From Minisyncoccia bacterium (GTDB lineage: Bacteria; Patescibacteriota; Minisyncoccia; Phycocordibacterales; Zambryskibacteraceae): DNA of 64,000 bases. The notes beneath the pieces were generated by a model that saw only the letters and a program-made list of their open reading frames with translations, searched no databases and was not told the origin of the DNA. Positions 47,175 through 55,608 of the stretch are shown here, one piece after another. How positions within the stretch are numbered: position 1 is the first letter of the stretch; each line of letters starts with the position of its first letter. The translations under genes and the position numbers were made by a program. The stretch spans positions 70,241-134,240 of the forward strand of contig JBGTNQ010000004.1 in NCBI GenBank assembly GCA_041742965.1, in the 5' to 3' direction.

Positions 47175-47663
47175 TTGCTATATATTCAAAAAATGAAGAA
47201 AGATATTCAACTCATTCTCCACGATATTCGTAGCGCCCAGAATGTGGGGTCGATTTTTCGGACCGCAGACGCTTGTGGCGTATCCAAAATTTATCTTACT
47301 GGATATACCCCGGCGCCATTGGATAGATTTAATAGACCTGTAAAAGAGATTGCCAAAACAGCACTTGGGGCGGAGAAAAATATTCTCTGGGAGAAGGTCA
47401 CAATCGGAAAGTGCTTAGAAAAACTGAAAAGTGATGGGTTTTATATTATTGCCCTTGAGCAAAATAAAAAATCAGTTGATTACAAAAAAATAAAACCCAA
47501 ATCCAAAACAGCCATCTTGGTGGGCAATGAAGTGCTCGGTATTTCGGAGGCGGTACTTAAGCGGGTGGATATAATTGGGGAGATACCAATGAAAGGGAAA
47601 AAAGAATCTCTCAATGTTTCTGTTGCTCTGGGGGTAGCCCTGTTTCGGATTCTTGATCTTTAG
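47175..47663 (+). CDS. SpoU/TrmH family RNA 2'-O-methyltransferase
   Basis: 162 aa; HDIRSAQNVGSIFRTADACG, LVGNEVLGIS and NVSVALGVAL (SPOUT) motifs. Confidence 0.7.
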   Translation: MLYIQKMKKDIQLILHDIRSAQNVGSIFRTADACGVSKIYLTGYTPAPLDRFNRPVKEIAKTALGAEKNILWEKVTIGKCLEKLKSDGFYIIALEQNKKSVDYKKIKPKSKTAILVGNEVLGISEAVLKRVDIIGEIPMKGKKESLNVSVALGVALFRILDL

Positions 47664-48207
47664 ACCCAAGGAATTTTTTTATATATTTTTTTGCCCAGAT
47701 TTCAAAAAACAAGACGATACCAAAAAAGACCAAGAACACAATTTCACCCCTGAATACATATAGCCTTAATTCTTCTGCGGAGACATCAAGGGTAAATGCC
47801 AGTCCAGATATCAGCATAAGCCATATGGCTGATCCCAATATATTTATATTTATAAATGTTCGAAATGGTAAACCTTCCATGCCGTAAAGCACTCTTACCG
47901 GCACACGGATGCCGTATAGAAATTTTGATAAAAAAAGTATTTTGTCAGCTTTTTGGCGAAAAGAGATAAAAAACTCAGGGTTTTTTTGTTGCAGTTTGTC
48001 TATTTTGAAAAAACGATATACTGATCCTTTTCCAAAAATTTTTCCTGTCCAATACCACATTGTGTCTGCGACTGTGCTTCCTAGAAACCCCACAAGAAGA
48101 ACGCTTGGTAAGGACAGTGAATTTGTAACAGCAAAGTAAATCAGGGGCACCAACATAATGTCCCCGAGGAGGACAATGCCGATGAAAAATAAAAAATATT
48201 CAATCAT
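47611..48207 (-). CDS. DedA/SNARE-associated family membrane protein
   Basis: Start taken at MIEYF just after the mutM stop; GSTVADTMWYWTGKIFGK motif. Confidence 0.5.
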   Translation of the reverse strand: MIEYFLFFIGIVLLGDIMLVPLIYFAVTNSLSLPSVLLVGFLGSTVADTMWYWTGKIFGKGSVYRFFKIDKLQQKNPEFFISFRQKADKILFLSKFLYGIRVPVRVLYGMEGLPFRTFININILGSAIWLMLISGLAFTLDVSAEELRLYVFRGEIVFLVFFGIVLFFEIWAKKYIKKFLGSKDQESETGLPPEQQKH

Positions 48208-49112
48208 AGAAAAATTTGGTGTGTGGGGCAGTAGTGGGCACTCCGTCCACCGACGACCGTCCTCTCTATAGTACCCCCGCAACCTTTCTTTGGACAAGGT
48301 TTGCCCTTTTGTCTATACGCCTTGTGGTGGTATTGAAATTCACCTCTTAGGCCGTCTATATTTCTATAGTCTGACATTGAGTCGCCACCGAAATCGATGC
48401 CTTTATAGAGCAGTAGTTTGGTATTTTTCCATAGAGTTTTCATTTTGGATTCGGATATGTTGGAAACGATTGTGAGCGGATGGATATTTGAAGCCCAAAG
48501 GATTTCATCAGAGTAGATGTTTCCTATTCCAGCTACGAGCGTCTGGTCCAAGAGCGCTTGTTTGATTTTCGCTCTCGGCCTTTTCCGGAGTCTTGCAGAA
48601 AAAATTTTAGCCGAAAAGCTTTTTGTCAGAGGTTCCGGCCCTAGATGTGAAATTTCAGGACTGCTCCTTATTTCTTCTGATGGTATTAAGGTTACTTTGG
48701 CAAATTTTCTCATATCTGAGAGGACCAAATGTTTTTTGTTAGAAAGAGAAAAGACCAATCTTATGTGTTGGTTGAATGGGTCTTCTAATGCTTTGTTTGA
48801 GCTGTCTGAAATCCACTTTGAACCCGATTTTTTATATTTTCCATACAAAACATGCCCAGTCATTTTCATGTGAATCAAAATACTCTCTCCATTTGATAGA
48901 TGAATGATAATGTTTTTTCCTCGTCTTTCTGCTTTTAGTATTTTTGCTTCGACGACACTCCTTTTGAATTTTTTAAAGAATGCTGGATTTTTTATTTGAT
49001 TTTTATTGTGTTTTGTCGATTTGTAATTTGTCCACACATCAACAATGGAGAGATTTTTAACTCTCTTGTTTATACCGTTTACAGTTGTTTGCACCTCTGG
49101 AAGTTCAGGCAT
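48204..49112 (-). CDS. mutM: formamidopyrimidine-DNA glycosylase (Fpg/Nei family)
   Basis: 302 aa; MPELPEV N-terminus; C-terminal zinc finger CPKKGCGG...CPTHQ. Confidence 0.85.
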   Translation of the reverse strand: MPELPEVQTTVNGINKRVKNLSIVDVWTNYKSTKHNKNQIKNPAFFKKFKRSVVEAKILKAERRGKNIIIHLSNGESILIHMKMTGHVLYGKYKKSGSKWISDSSNKALEDPFNQHIRLVFSLSNKKHLVLSDMRKFAKVTLIPSEEIRSSPEISHLGPEPLTKSFSAKIFSARLRKRPRAKIKQALLDQTLVAGIGNIYSDEILWASNIHPLTIVSNISESKMKTLWKNTKLLLYKGIDFGGDSMSDYRNIDGLRGEFQYHHKAYRQKGKPCPKKGCGGTIERTVVGGRSAHYCPTHQIFL

Positions 49113-49130
49113 ACAAACAGCTTATAGCTT

Positions 49131-50420
49131 TTAGCTTTTAGGTGCTAGCCTCCTTTCAATCTCCTCACGCATCACACCTGCGTCGTCCCAGGGGATTTTT
49201 TTGCCACCCGTGATACACATATATTGTTGAGAGCCCATGCCTGTGGCTAAGATAACATCACCGTCTTTTGCATTCCTTATAGCCTCGCGCATTGCTTCTC
49301 TTCTGTCCACGACCACTTTCGGTGTGTGTTTTTTGATACCTTCTTTCATATCTTCAATTATTTTCATTGGGTCCTCGTCATAGGGGTCCTCTGTTGTGAG
49401 GATTATCTCGTCACAGTGCGTGTCAGCCACTTCGGCCATACCTGCTCTTTTCCAAGTGTCTCTGCCTCCTCCGGTATTTCCTAACACACAAATTTTTCTT
49501 TGATTAGGAAATGTTCTATAGAGTGCTTCAAGTGATTCTATGGTGTGAGCATAGTCGACTATGGCAGTAAATTTCTGCTTGTCGTGAAGCGGGTGATTTT
49601 GAGGGAGGGTAATATGTTCCACTCTACCTCTAATAGAAGAAAGTTTGGAAAACGCCCTTACAATGACTGGGGTTTCTATGCCGAAACTTTGCGCGAAGGC
49701 ACAGGCCTCAAGGGCGTTTATGATATTAAATTCTCCTTTGAGGGGCGAATGTATTGTTGCTCCGTTAAATGAAAAAGTTATTCCATTGTTGTCGGAAGTC
49801 CAAGGTTCTCCATCTTTGAGACTCACCTTTATAACCCCCGTGGCTTTTTTGGGTATAAAATTTGAAAAGTTTTTATCATCCGCATTTACCACAGCAACTT
49901 TTCTCTTTTTAGGAGAGTCGCTAAGTAGTTTGGCTATTCTTTTTTTGTGAGCAAGATATTTTTCAAATGAGCCGTGTGATTCAATGTGTTCTGGTGCTAA
50001 GTTTGTAAATATCAAAGCATCTAAAAAAACAAATTTATGTCTAAACTGTTTTGCCCCTTCGGATGTCATCTCAAGTATTACCCAGTCGCATCCCTTTTTT
50101 ACAGCTTTCCTTATAAAAGATTGAATAAATGCACGCCCAGGCATACTCATACCATAGGGGTTCAGTTTTGACTCATCTGCGATTTTAAAACGAAGCGAAC
50201 CACCGAGGGCTGTTTTTTGCCCAGCTTCTTCGAGGATAGCATTTACCATTTCTGATGTGCTTGTTTTTCCTTTGGTTCCAGTAATGGCCACCACGCGAAT
50301 GTTTCGTGAAGGTAGTCCATATATCAATGCTCCTACTATAGCTAAAAGAAAGTGATATATCGGTTGTCCGGCTCGATATAATTTCTTTGGAATTATTTTT
50401 TCTATTTTTCTAAGAATCAT
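49131..50420 (-). CDS. Mur ligase family protein (MurE-like)
   Basis: 429 aa; ATP-binding AITGTKGKTST and Mur ligase middle/C-terminal domains; exact specificity not determinable. Confidence 0.55.
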   Translation of the reverse strand: MILRKIEKIIPKKLYRAGQPIYHFLLAIVGALIYGLPSRNIRVVAITGTKGKTSTSEMVNAILEEAGQKTALGGSLRFKIADESKLNPYGMSMPGRAFIQSFIRKAVKKGCDWVILEMTSEGAKQFRHKFVFLDALIFTNLAPEHIESHGSFEKYLAHKKRIAKLLSDSPKKRKVAVVNADDKNFSNFIPKKATGVIKVSLKDGEPWTSDNNGITFSFNGATIHSPLKGEFNIINALEACAFAQSFGIETPVIVRAFSKLSSIRGRVEHITLPQNHPLHDKQKFTAIVDYAHTIESLEALYRTFPNQRKICVLGNTGGGRDTWKRAGMAEVADTHCDEIILTTEDPYDEDPMKIIEDMKEGIKKHTPKVVVDRREAMREAIRNAKDGDVILATGMGSQQYMCITGGKKIPWDDAGVMREEIERRLAPKS

Positions 50421-50993
50421 TTAATTATTATTTCCGAGAATCTTTAGTGCTTGTTTGACCCTGTCTGATGGGGAAGTAAGTTCTGTTGGAACTTTCTTCA
50501 GAGCATCCCTAGCTTCTTTTTGAGAATACCCAAGAGAAGTTAGGGCCTCTATCGCGTCGCTGTCGTTTGGGACACCGTCAACTTCCTCATATTCACCCAC
50601 GAGCTTCCCGCGAAGTTCAATAACTATTTTTTCCGCATTCTTTTTTCCAATTCCAGCGACTTTTGTCAGGTGTGCGGTGTTTTCTGTAAAGACGGCTTGC
50701 CTGAGGAGTGATACGGGGGCGACATTCAATATTCCAAGAGCTGTTTTTGGACCAATGCCGGATATGGTGATGAGGAGCTCGAAAAAAGAAAGCTCATCTT
50801 GGCTTTTAAAGCCATATAGGTCCAAGGCGTTTTCTCTGACGGCTAAATGGGTGAAGACTGAAGCAGAAGTACCTTCTCTTAGTTCTGCCAAATTTTGTCC
50901 GGTCATAAAAACTTTATATCCAATTCCTCCTACATCAATAAGAGCGTACATTTCAGAAATTGCTATAACTTTGCCCGAAAGATGAGAAATCAT
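50421..50993 (-). CDS. ruvA: Holliday junction DNA helicase RuvA
   Basis: 190 aa; MISHLSGKV N-terminus and helix-hairpin-helix motifs (ISGIGPKTA, VAGIGKKNAEKI). Confidence 0.85.
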   Translation of the reverse strand: MISHLSGKVIAISEMYALIDVGGIGYKVFMTGQNLAELREGTSASVFTHLAVRENALDLYGFKSQDELSFFELLITISGIGPKTALGILNVAPVSLLRQAVFTENTAHLTKVAGIGKKNAEKIVIELRGKLVGEYEEVDGVPNDSDAIEALTSLGYSQKEARDALKKVPTELTSPSDRVKQALKILGNNN

Positions 50994-51141
50994 AAGGATA
51001 TAATACCAGAATAGCGGATAGTATGTAGCATGCGGAATATGTATATATAAACCCGTTTTCCTAATCGGCTAATTCGCACGAATTAGCCGATTAGGAAAAG
51101 AAACCTTGCGTGTTTGTGAGGTTTAAGCTAGTATACGCCTC

Positions 51142-51405
51142 ATGCCAATAACCAAATCAGCCAAAAAGGCCCTGAGAGGATCTCGCCGAAAACGAGAGGT
51201 TAATCTAGTTCAGAAAAAGACCATAACTGACACAATTAAAAAGTTTAGAAAGTTAGTTGCTGAGAAAAATGTTAAGGAAGCAAGCGCTCTTCTCCCGCAG
51301 GTTCAGAAAGTTTTGGACAAAGGTGCCAAGCGTGGAATTATGAAAAAGAATACTGCTTCTCGGAAAAAGTCTCGTTTTGTGAAAATGATTAAGGGTGCGA
51401 AATAA
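51142..51405 (+). CDS. rpsT: 30S ribosomal protein S20
   Basis: 87 aa; MPITKSAKKALRGSRRKREVN matches S20. Confidence 0.85.
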   Translation: MPITKSAKKALRGSRRKREVNLVQKKTITDTIKKFRKLVAEKNVKEASALLPQVQKVLDKGAKRGIMKKNTASRKKSRFVKMIKGAK

Positions 51406-51406
51406 C

Positions 51407-51437
51407 AAAACCCCCGCCTAGGCGGGGGTTTTGTTTT
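51407..51437. terminator. intrinsic terminator after rpsT
   Basis: AAAACCCCCGCC-TA-GGCGGGGGTTTTGTTTT. Confidence 0.8.
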
Positions 51438-51539
51438 AGCACTGGGAGTCTTTTTCTTCAATCTTTTTGTGGCCACAAATATTTTACTCCGCTCAAATTG
51501 TGCTTCCAGTAGGAACCTTTCCCTACGGGAACAGTAGAC

Positions 51540-51668
51540 CTTTTGGCTAAAATTTTCGCAAGGGGTGGGGTTTCGCGACCCCGGCTCGCGGTTTCGTGTG
51601 CTCACGAAACAACGCTCCGCCCAGCACAAAAGCAAAAAATCCCGCGCAGGCGGAATGTTTTACTTTTG
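51540..51668. repeat. tRNA-linked repeat, copy B (core TCGCGACCCCGGCTCGCGGTTTCG, 51573-51596) plus a terminator-like hairpin next to the tRNA
   Basis: Downstream of the minus-strand tRNA-Arg(GCG); aligns with reverse-complemented copy C. Confidence 0.6.
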
Positions 51669-51740
51669 TGCTCCCAGTAGGAATCGAACCTACATTTTAA
51701 CTTCCGCAAAGTTATGTCCTATCCATTGAACGATGGGAGC
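51669..51740 (-). tRNA. tRNA-Arg (anticodon GCG)
   Basis: Reverse complement GCTCCCATCGTTCAATGGATAGGACATAACTTTGCGGAAGTTAAAATGTAGGTTCGATTCCTACTGGGAGCA; anticodon stem TAACT/AGTTA with loop TTGCGGA. Confidence 0.65.
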
Positions 51741-51745
51741 GAAGT

Positions 51746-52009
51746 TTACTTGGCTATTTTAACATAACCATCTAAAATCATTTTTTCTATATAATCCTTC
51801 CTTTTCAGCTTTTTAAGGCGGTTTTCAATTTGTCTAGCAACCCCAAGGGAGGCGACTTCTTGTTTTAATACTAATCTTGGTTCGTGCATATTTCTTGTTG
51901 TTTGCGTGTGTCCGTTTAGGTGTTGTTTTAATCTTCGTTCCAAATTAGAGGTGCTTCCAATATAAAGCTTACCACTCTTGTCTCTAAGTATATAAATGTA
52001 TGACTTCAT
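51746..52009 (-). CDS. GIY-YIG nuclease family protein (second copy)
   Basis: MKSYIYILRDKSGKLYIGSTSNLERRLKQH; the ORF track extends to an upstream in-frame Met at 52027. Confidence 0.75.
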   Translation of the reverse strand: MKSYIYILRDKSGKLYIGSTSNLERRLKQHLNGHTQTTRNMHEPRLVLKQEVASLGVARQIENRLKKLKRKDYIEKMILDGYVKIAK

Positions 52010-52017
52010 GTTTGTTA

Positions 52018-52081
52018 TCCTATCCACCCCGACGTTAAAGTCGGGGAGCCGACCACGGCGTCGGCTTTGAACGATGGGAGC
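52018..52081. repeat. degenerate duplicate of the tRNA-Arg(GCG) 5' segment, interrupted by a 39-nt GC-rich double hairpin
   Basis: TCCTATCCA + [CCCCGACGTTAAAGTCGGGG AGCCGACCACGGCGTCGGC] + TTTGAACGATGGGAGC versus the tRNA region TCCTATCCATTGAACGATGGGAGC (51717-51740). Confidence 0.7.
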
Positions 52082-52171
52082 AATTTGGTGAACTAAAACT
52101 TATCTTACTTATGACAAAAATACAATCGCATCAAAAAAGCTACAAGCTAACAGCTGTAAGCTGAAAGCTAA

Positions 52172-52630
52172 CTAAAATCCCAATCTATCCATCAATTTGT
52201 GCAGATTTGATTCCACATGAAATACTTCTTGAAGATGTCGAGAAAGGTATTGATGAACTTTTTCAAGATCCGCATCTCCAAGAGGAACTATGATATAGGG
52301 CATAATAAAGCGTGCTGATTTTATAATAATCTTATGTTCGTCTTCATCAATCCAAAATGATTCTAAGCTATGAAATGGGTAAAAGGTTTTATCAGTTCTT
52401 ATTCCTCGGTTGTCTATGATGACATCAATTTCCTTTGGTGGCCTGGCGGCATAGAGTGAAAGCACAAAGCCAGACAAAATTATGACAAAGGCGAACAGTA
52501 CATTGTTTAAAATAATAGCTGTGACAGAGAGAGCTACAGTGATGATTCCAACAGCCCAAAACCAGTCGGGAGTTTGTTCTCTATGTTCATACTCGTGTGT
52601 TTGCCAGTGAAGAGGAGAAATTTGTTTCAT
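52172..52630 (-). CDS. hypothetical membrane protein
   Basis: 152 aa; two TM helices. Confidence 0.4.
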   Translation of the reverse strand: MKQISPLHWQTHEYEHREQTPDWFWAVGIITVALSVTAIILNNVLFAFVIILSGFVLSLYAARPPKEIDVIIDNRGIRTDKTFYPFHSLESFWIDEDEHKIIIKSARFIMPYIIVPLGDADLEKVHQYLSRHLQEVFHVESNLHKLMDRLGF

Positions 52631-52670
52631 ATTTCTACTTTTATCCTATCACGAAAATAAAGCAGAGTGT

Positions 52671-53120
52671 CTAGAGAAGTGAACTCAAAAGTTCTACTGC
52701 TTTCGCGTTTGCTATAAGAAAAGCTAGTATAAAAATAATTGTACATATTCCTGCTGAAAATAGGCACCATGTACACCACTGTTTCAGTACTAGCGCTTGA
52801 ATAGCTGTGAGGTAAACAGAAAACAAGAAGGCTGTAATCGTGAGGCCCAAGACTGCATATGAGGCGAAAATTGGCAAAACAAGTGGGAAAAATGCAAAGC
52901 AAACATAAAGAACAACCATTATTCCGTAATAAAGAAGCCCCAATATTTCTACGGGGATACCAAGTAGCTTTGAATAATCACTGTGCACCACTTGTTCACA
53001 ATTTCCTTCTAGTGGACATACGAGCGGGGTAGCGTTTCTTTTGGTCCTGTATATATAGAGGGCGAGCATAAACCCAGTGCCAGCAAACAGCGCAACGAAT
53101 ATTTTAAGTATTAGAATCAT
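52671..53120 (-). CDS. vitamin K epoxide reductase (VKOR)/DsbB-like family membrane protein
   Basis: 149 aa; 4-5 TM helices; CPLEGNC and CTWC cysteine pairs resembling the VKOR CxxC active site. Confidence 0.45.
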   Translation of the reverse strand: MILILKIFVALFAGTGFMLALYIYRTKRNATPLVCPLEGNCEQVVHSDYSKLLGIPVEILGLLYYGIMVVLYVCFAFFPLVLPIFASYAVLGLTITAFLFSVYLTAIQALVLKQWCTWCLFSAGICTIIFILAFLIANAKAVELLSSLL

Positions 53121-53142
53121 AAATAAATTGTATCACGAAGCA

Positions 53143-53688
53143 TTAAATAACAATGTTTCTTGCAAGTAACACCATAATAAATATTCCTATTGAGTGAATA
53201 ATAAATAAAAGCGGAGCAAGTTTTTTGTAAGAGGTATTGGAAAATCCTAACAAAAATAAACCAGCTTCATCAGGTAGTGGGGTGGCTATCATTATAGTCC
53301 CGATAATGGGGTTAAGAAACTTCAATGTTTCAAGGTGTAAAAATCCCCAAGGTTTTTTCTTTACTTCCGAGAGTGTTAACTGTACCTCTCTTACTATCCT
53401 TTTTTTGATAAACAAGAGAATAAAAAGGTCACTCACTACAGCACCCAGTCCTGCAACAAGGCCGATAAGTATGGGAGACTCTGTGACCGCCATTTCTCCG
53501 AGCACAGCAGCTGCGGGGACAATCGTGAATATTGAAGTGAAGAAAAATCCCGCAATAAAAATACCTAGTATCTCAAGGTTTTGAGTTTCTTCTAACAAAA
53601 GTTCTATGACCCCGATTTTTGAAAGCCATACAGTGATTCCGATTGCTAGAATCAATATTGCAAGGTCTCTTAGTAGGTTATATTTCAC
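53143..53688 (-). CDS. hypothetical polytopic membrane protein
   Basis: 181 aa; 5-6 TM helices. Confidence 0.4.
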   Translation of the reverse strand: MKYNLLRDLAILILAIGITVWLSKIGVIELLLEETQNLEILGIFIAGFFFTSIFTIVPAAAVLGEMAVTESPILIGLVAGLGAVVSDLFILLFIKKRIVREVQLTLSEVKKKPWGFLHLETLKFLNPIIGTIMIATPLPDEAGLFLLGFSNTSYKKLAPLLFIIHSIGIFIMVLLARNIVI

Positions 53689-53792
53689 TATTTATCATTA
53701 TATCGAACTCGCAGAATTATTGTTCGTAATAATGTGGTAAATCTGGCAATAAAGGAATATTCTGCTAGTATGGTCAGGTAGGAAATATTAAC

Positions 53793-53879
53793 GGAGAGGT
53801 GGCAGAGTGGTCGATTGCACCAGTCTTGAAAACTGGAGGGCTCGTAAGGGTCCCGAGAGTTCGAATCTCTCCCTCTCCG
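53793..53879 (+). tRNA. tRNA-Ser (anticodon TGA)
   Basis: GGAGAGGTGGCAGAGTGGTCGATTGCACCAGTCTTGAAAACTGGAGGGCTCGTAAGGGTCCCGAGAGTTCGAATCTCTCCCTCTCCG; long variable arm; anticodon loop CTTGAAA. Confidence 0.85.
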
Positions 53880-53958
53880 CAAAATAATGAACCTGTGAAT
53901 ATATTTTTCGATAGTGCTGAGCATTTGGCGAAGTGCCCCGCAACGATTTTAAGTTAGG

Positions 53959-54708
53959 TTATCTTATCTCCTCTATTTTTATTATTGAACCAAGTTCAGT
54001 AAATGGAATCTGGACATCTACAGTACCGATAGCATAAGGTCCAACCGCATAGGAAGAAAATACGAAGCCGATAGCTGTATCGGTGAGATAGAAGTTTTCT
54101 ATATAATCTTCAAGAGCTGTTCCACCCTCTATGGCGTTTTTTGTGGAGTTGTCCCCCAGCTTTTCCGTGAGTTTAGCTCGAAGTTCTTCACGAAGGTTTG
54201 TAAAAAATTCAGGGACGAAGATATCCCTCAATCTTAGCTGTTCTCCTGTCTCAATATCATAAACTCTCGTGACCATACTGGTCACTCCGTGAGCTCCGCC
54301 ACTATATGAATAGATACTAAAAACATATGAAACTGTTTTCTGTGATTCAGTCACTGAATAATTAATACCCAAAGTGCTTTGAAACCCATCTTCTAAAACA
54401 ATTCCAAAATCGTTTTCTTTAAAATCAGTGATAATTTTTCGGACCGTATCTTCCACCGATGAAGATATAGTCACATTACTTGAAACAGGATATGTTGCAT
54501 TGATAAGCCACCCGTCTTCATTTTCTGTGATTGTGCGTTCTGATTCCTTGGCATTAAAAGTTCTCTCTTTGGTTTCTTCGACCATTTCTTCTGTTGGTGG
54601 GGGAATATTTTTATCCTCAGATTTTTTAGATAATAAAAAAGCCAGAATGATAACTAATATAATGACAGCTAAAATCAGGATTTTTCTCATATTTTCATTA
54701 TATCTCAT
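53959..54708 (-). CDS. membrane-anchored DUF3298/DUF4163-like (RsiV-like) protein
   Basis: 249 aa; N-terminal TM helix; GGAHGVTSMVTRVYDIETGEQL motif typical of DUF3298. Confidence 0.45.
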   Translation of the reverse strand: MRYNENMRKILILAVIILVIILAFLLSKKSEDKNIPPPTEEMVEETKERTFNAKESERTITENEDGWLINATYPVSSNVTISSSVEDTVRKIITDFKENDFGIVLEDGFQSTLGINYSVTESQKTVSYVFSIYSYSGGAHGVTSMVTRVYDIETGEQLRLRDIFVPEFFTNLREELRAKLTEKLGDNSTKNAIEGGTALEDYIENFYLTDTAIGFVFSSYAVGPYAIGTVDVQIPFTELGSIIKIEEIR

Positions 54709-54747
54709 TGGTTTCTCAAAAACCGCCCTTTCCCGTATAGTAGGTGT

Positions 54748-55143
54748 ATGAAATATATGGGGATCGATTTTGGCTTGAAACGCACTGGCATAGCCCTTTC
54801 TGACGAAGAAGGCAAAATAGCTTTTCCTAAGGCCGTTCTTCTCTCTAAGAAAGATCTTTTAGAAGAGGTGGTAGATATCTTTAAAACAGAAGGGGTAAGC
54901 ATTATCATTTTAGGAGAATCAAAAGATTTTCTGGGCAAAGATAATCCAGTAATGTCAGAAATAAATATATTTAAAAAAAAATTAGAAGATGAACTTGGTA
55001 TAAATGTGATTTTGGAACCAGAGTTTATGACCAGTATGGAAGCGGAGCATATACAAGGAAAAGGGAATATGCATGATGCCTCTGCGGCCACGATAATATT
55101 ACAAAGCTATTTAGATAAAAAACAAAATGAGCATACCTTATGA
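54748..55143 (+). CDS. ruvX: Holliday junction resolvase-like protein RuvX/YqgF
   Basis: 131 aa; MKYMGIDFGLKRTGIALSD. Confidence 0.8.
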   Translation: MKYMGIDFGLKRTGIALSDEEGKIAFPKAVLLSKKDLLEEVVDIFKTEGVSIIILGESKDFLGKDNPVMSEINIFKKKLEDELGINVILEPEFMTSMEAEHIQGKGNMHDASAATIILQSYLDKKQNEHTL

Positions 55144-55453
55144 GGATTTTAAAAAAGTAGAAATGCGCGTTGGGAAAGTTGTTTCCGCGGAACGCGTTGA
55201 GGGTTCGGATAAGCTACTAAAATTATCTGTTGATTTTGGTGAGGACTCACCTCGTCAGGTGGTCTCTGGTATCGGAAAATATTTTTCTGATTTGAATGAT
55301 TTGGTCAATCACAAGTACGTTTTTGTAACAAACCTTGAATCTAGGGAAATTTTTGGCTTAGAGAGTCAGGCCATGATTATTGCCACAGGGGATGAAGAGA
55401 TAGCTTTCTTTTCTGTACCAGACAATATTTCTGTCGGCTCTCTGGTTAGGTAG
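55127..55453 (+). CDS. csaA: tRNA-binding domain protein (CsaA/Trbp111-like, EMAP fold)
   Basis: 108 aa; DFKKVEMRVGKVVSAERVEGSDKLLKLSVDFGE is the MetRS-C/EMAP tRNA-binding signature. Confidence 0.7.
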   Translation: MSIPYEDFKKVEMRVGKVVSAERVEGSDKLLKLSVDFGEDSPRQVVSGIGKYFSDLNDLVNHKYVFVTNLESREIFGLESQAMIIATGDEEIAFFSVPDNISVGSLVR

Positions 55454-55608
55454 TTATATCAATATTTTTTTATATATCTGATGGTATATAATAAATATAA
55501 TGAATCCCGTTAGAAGTTCACTTAAACCCAATGGACGTTATTTTGGTCGAAAACATCCTCGCCTAACGGATTTTTGTTTGCTATTTAATTCAGTTAACTT
55601 ATAACGGG

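Noticed and set aside
53688-53924. 78-aa minus-strand ORF
   Set aside because: Overlaps tRNA-Ser(TGA); spurious
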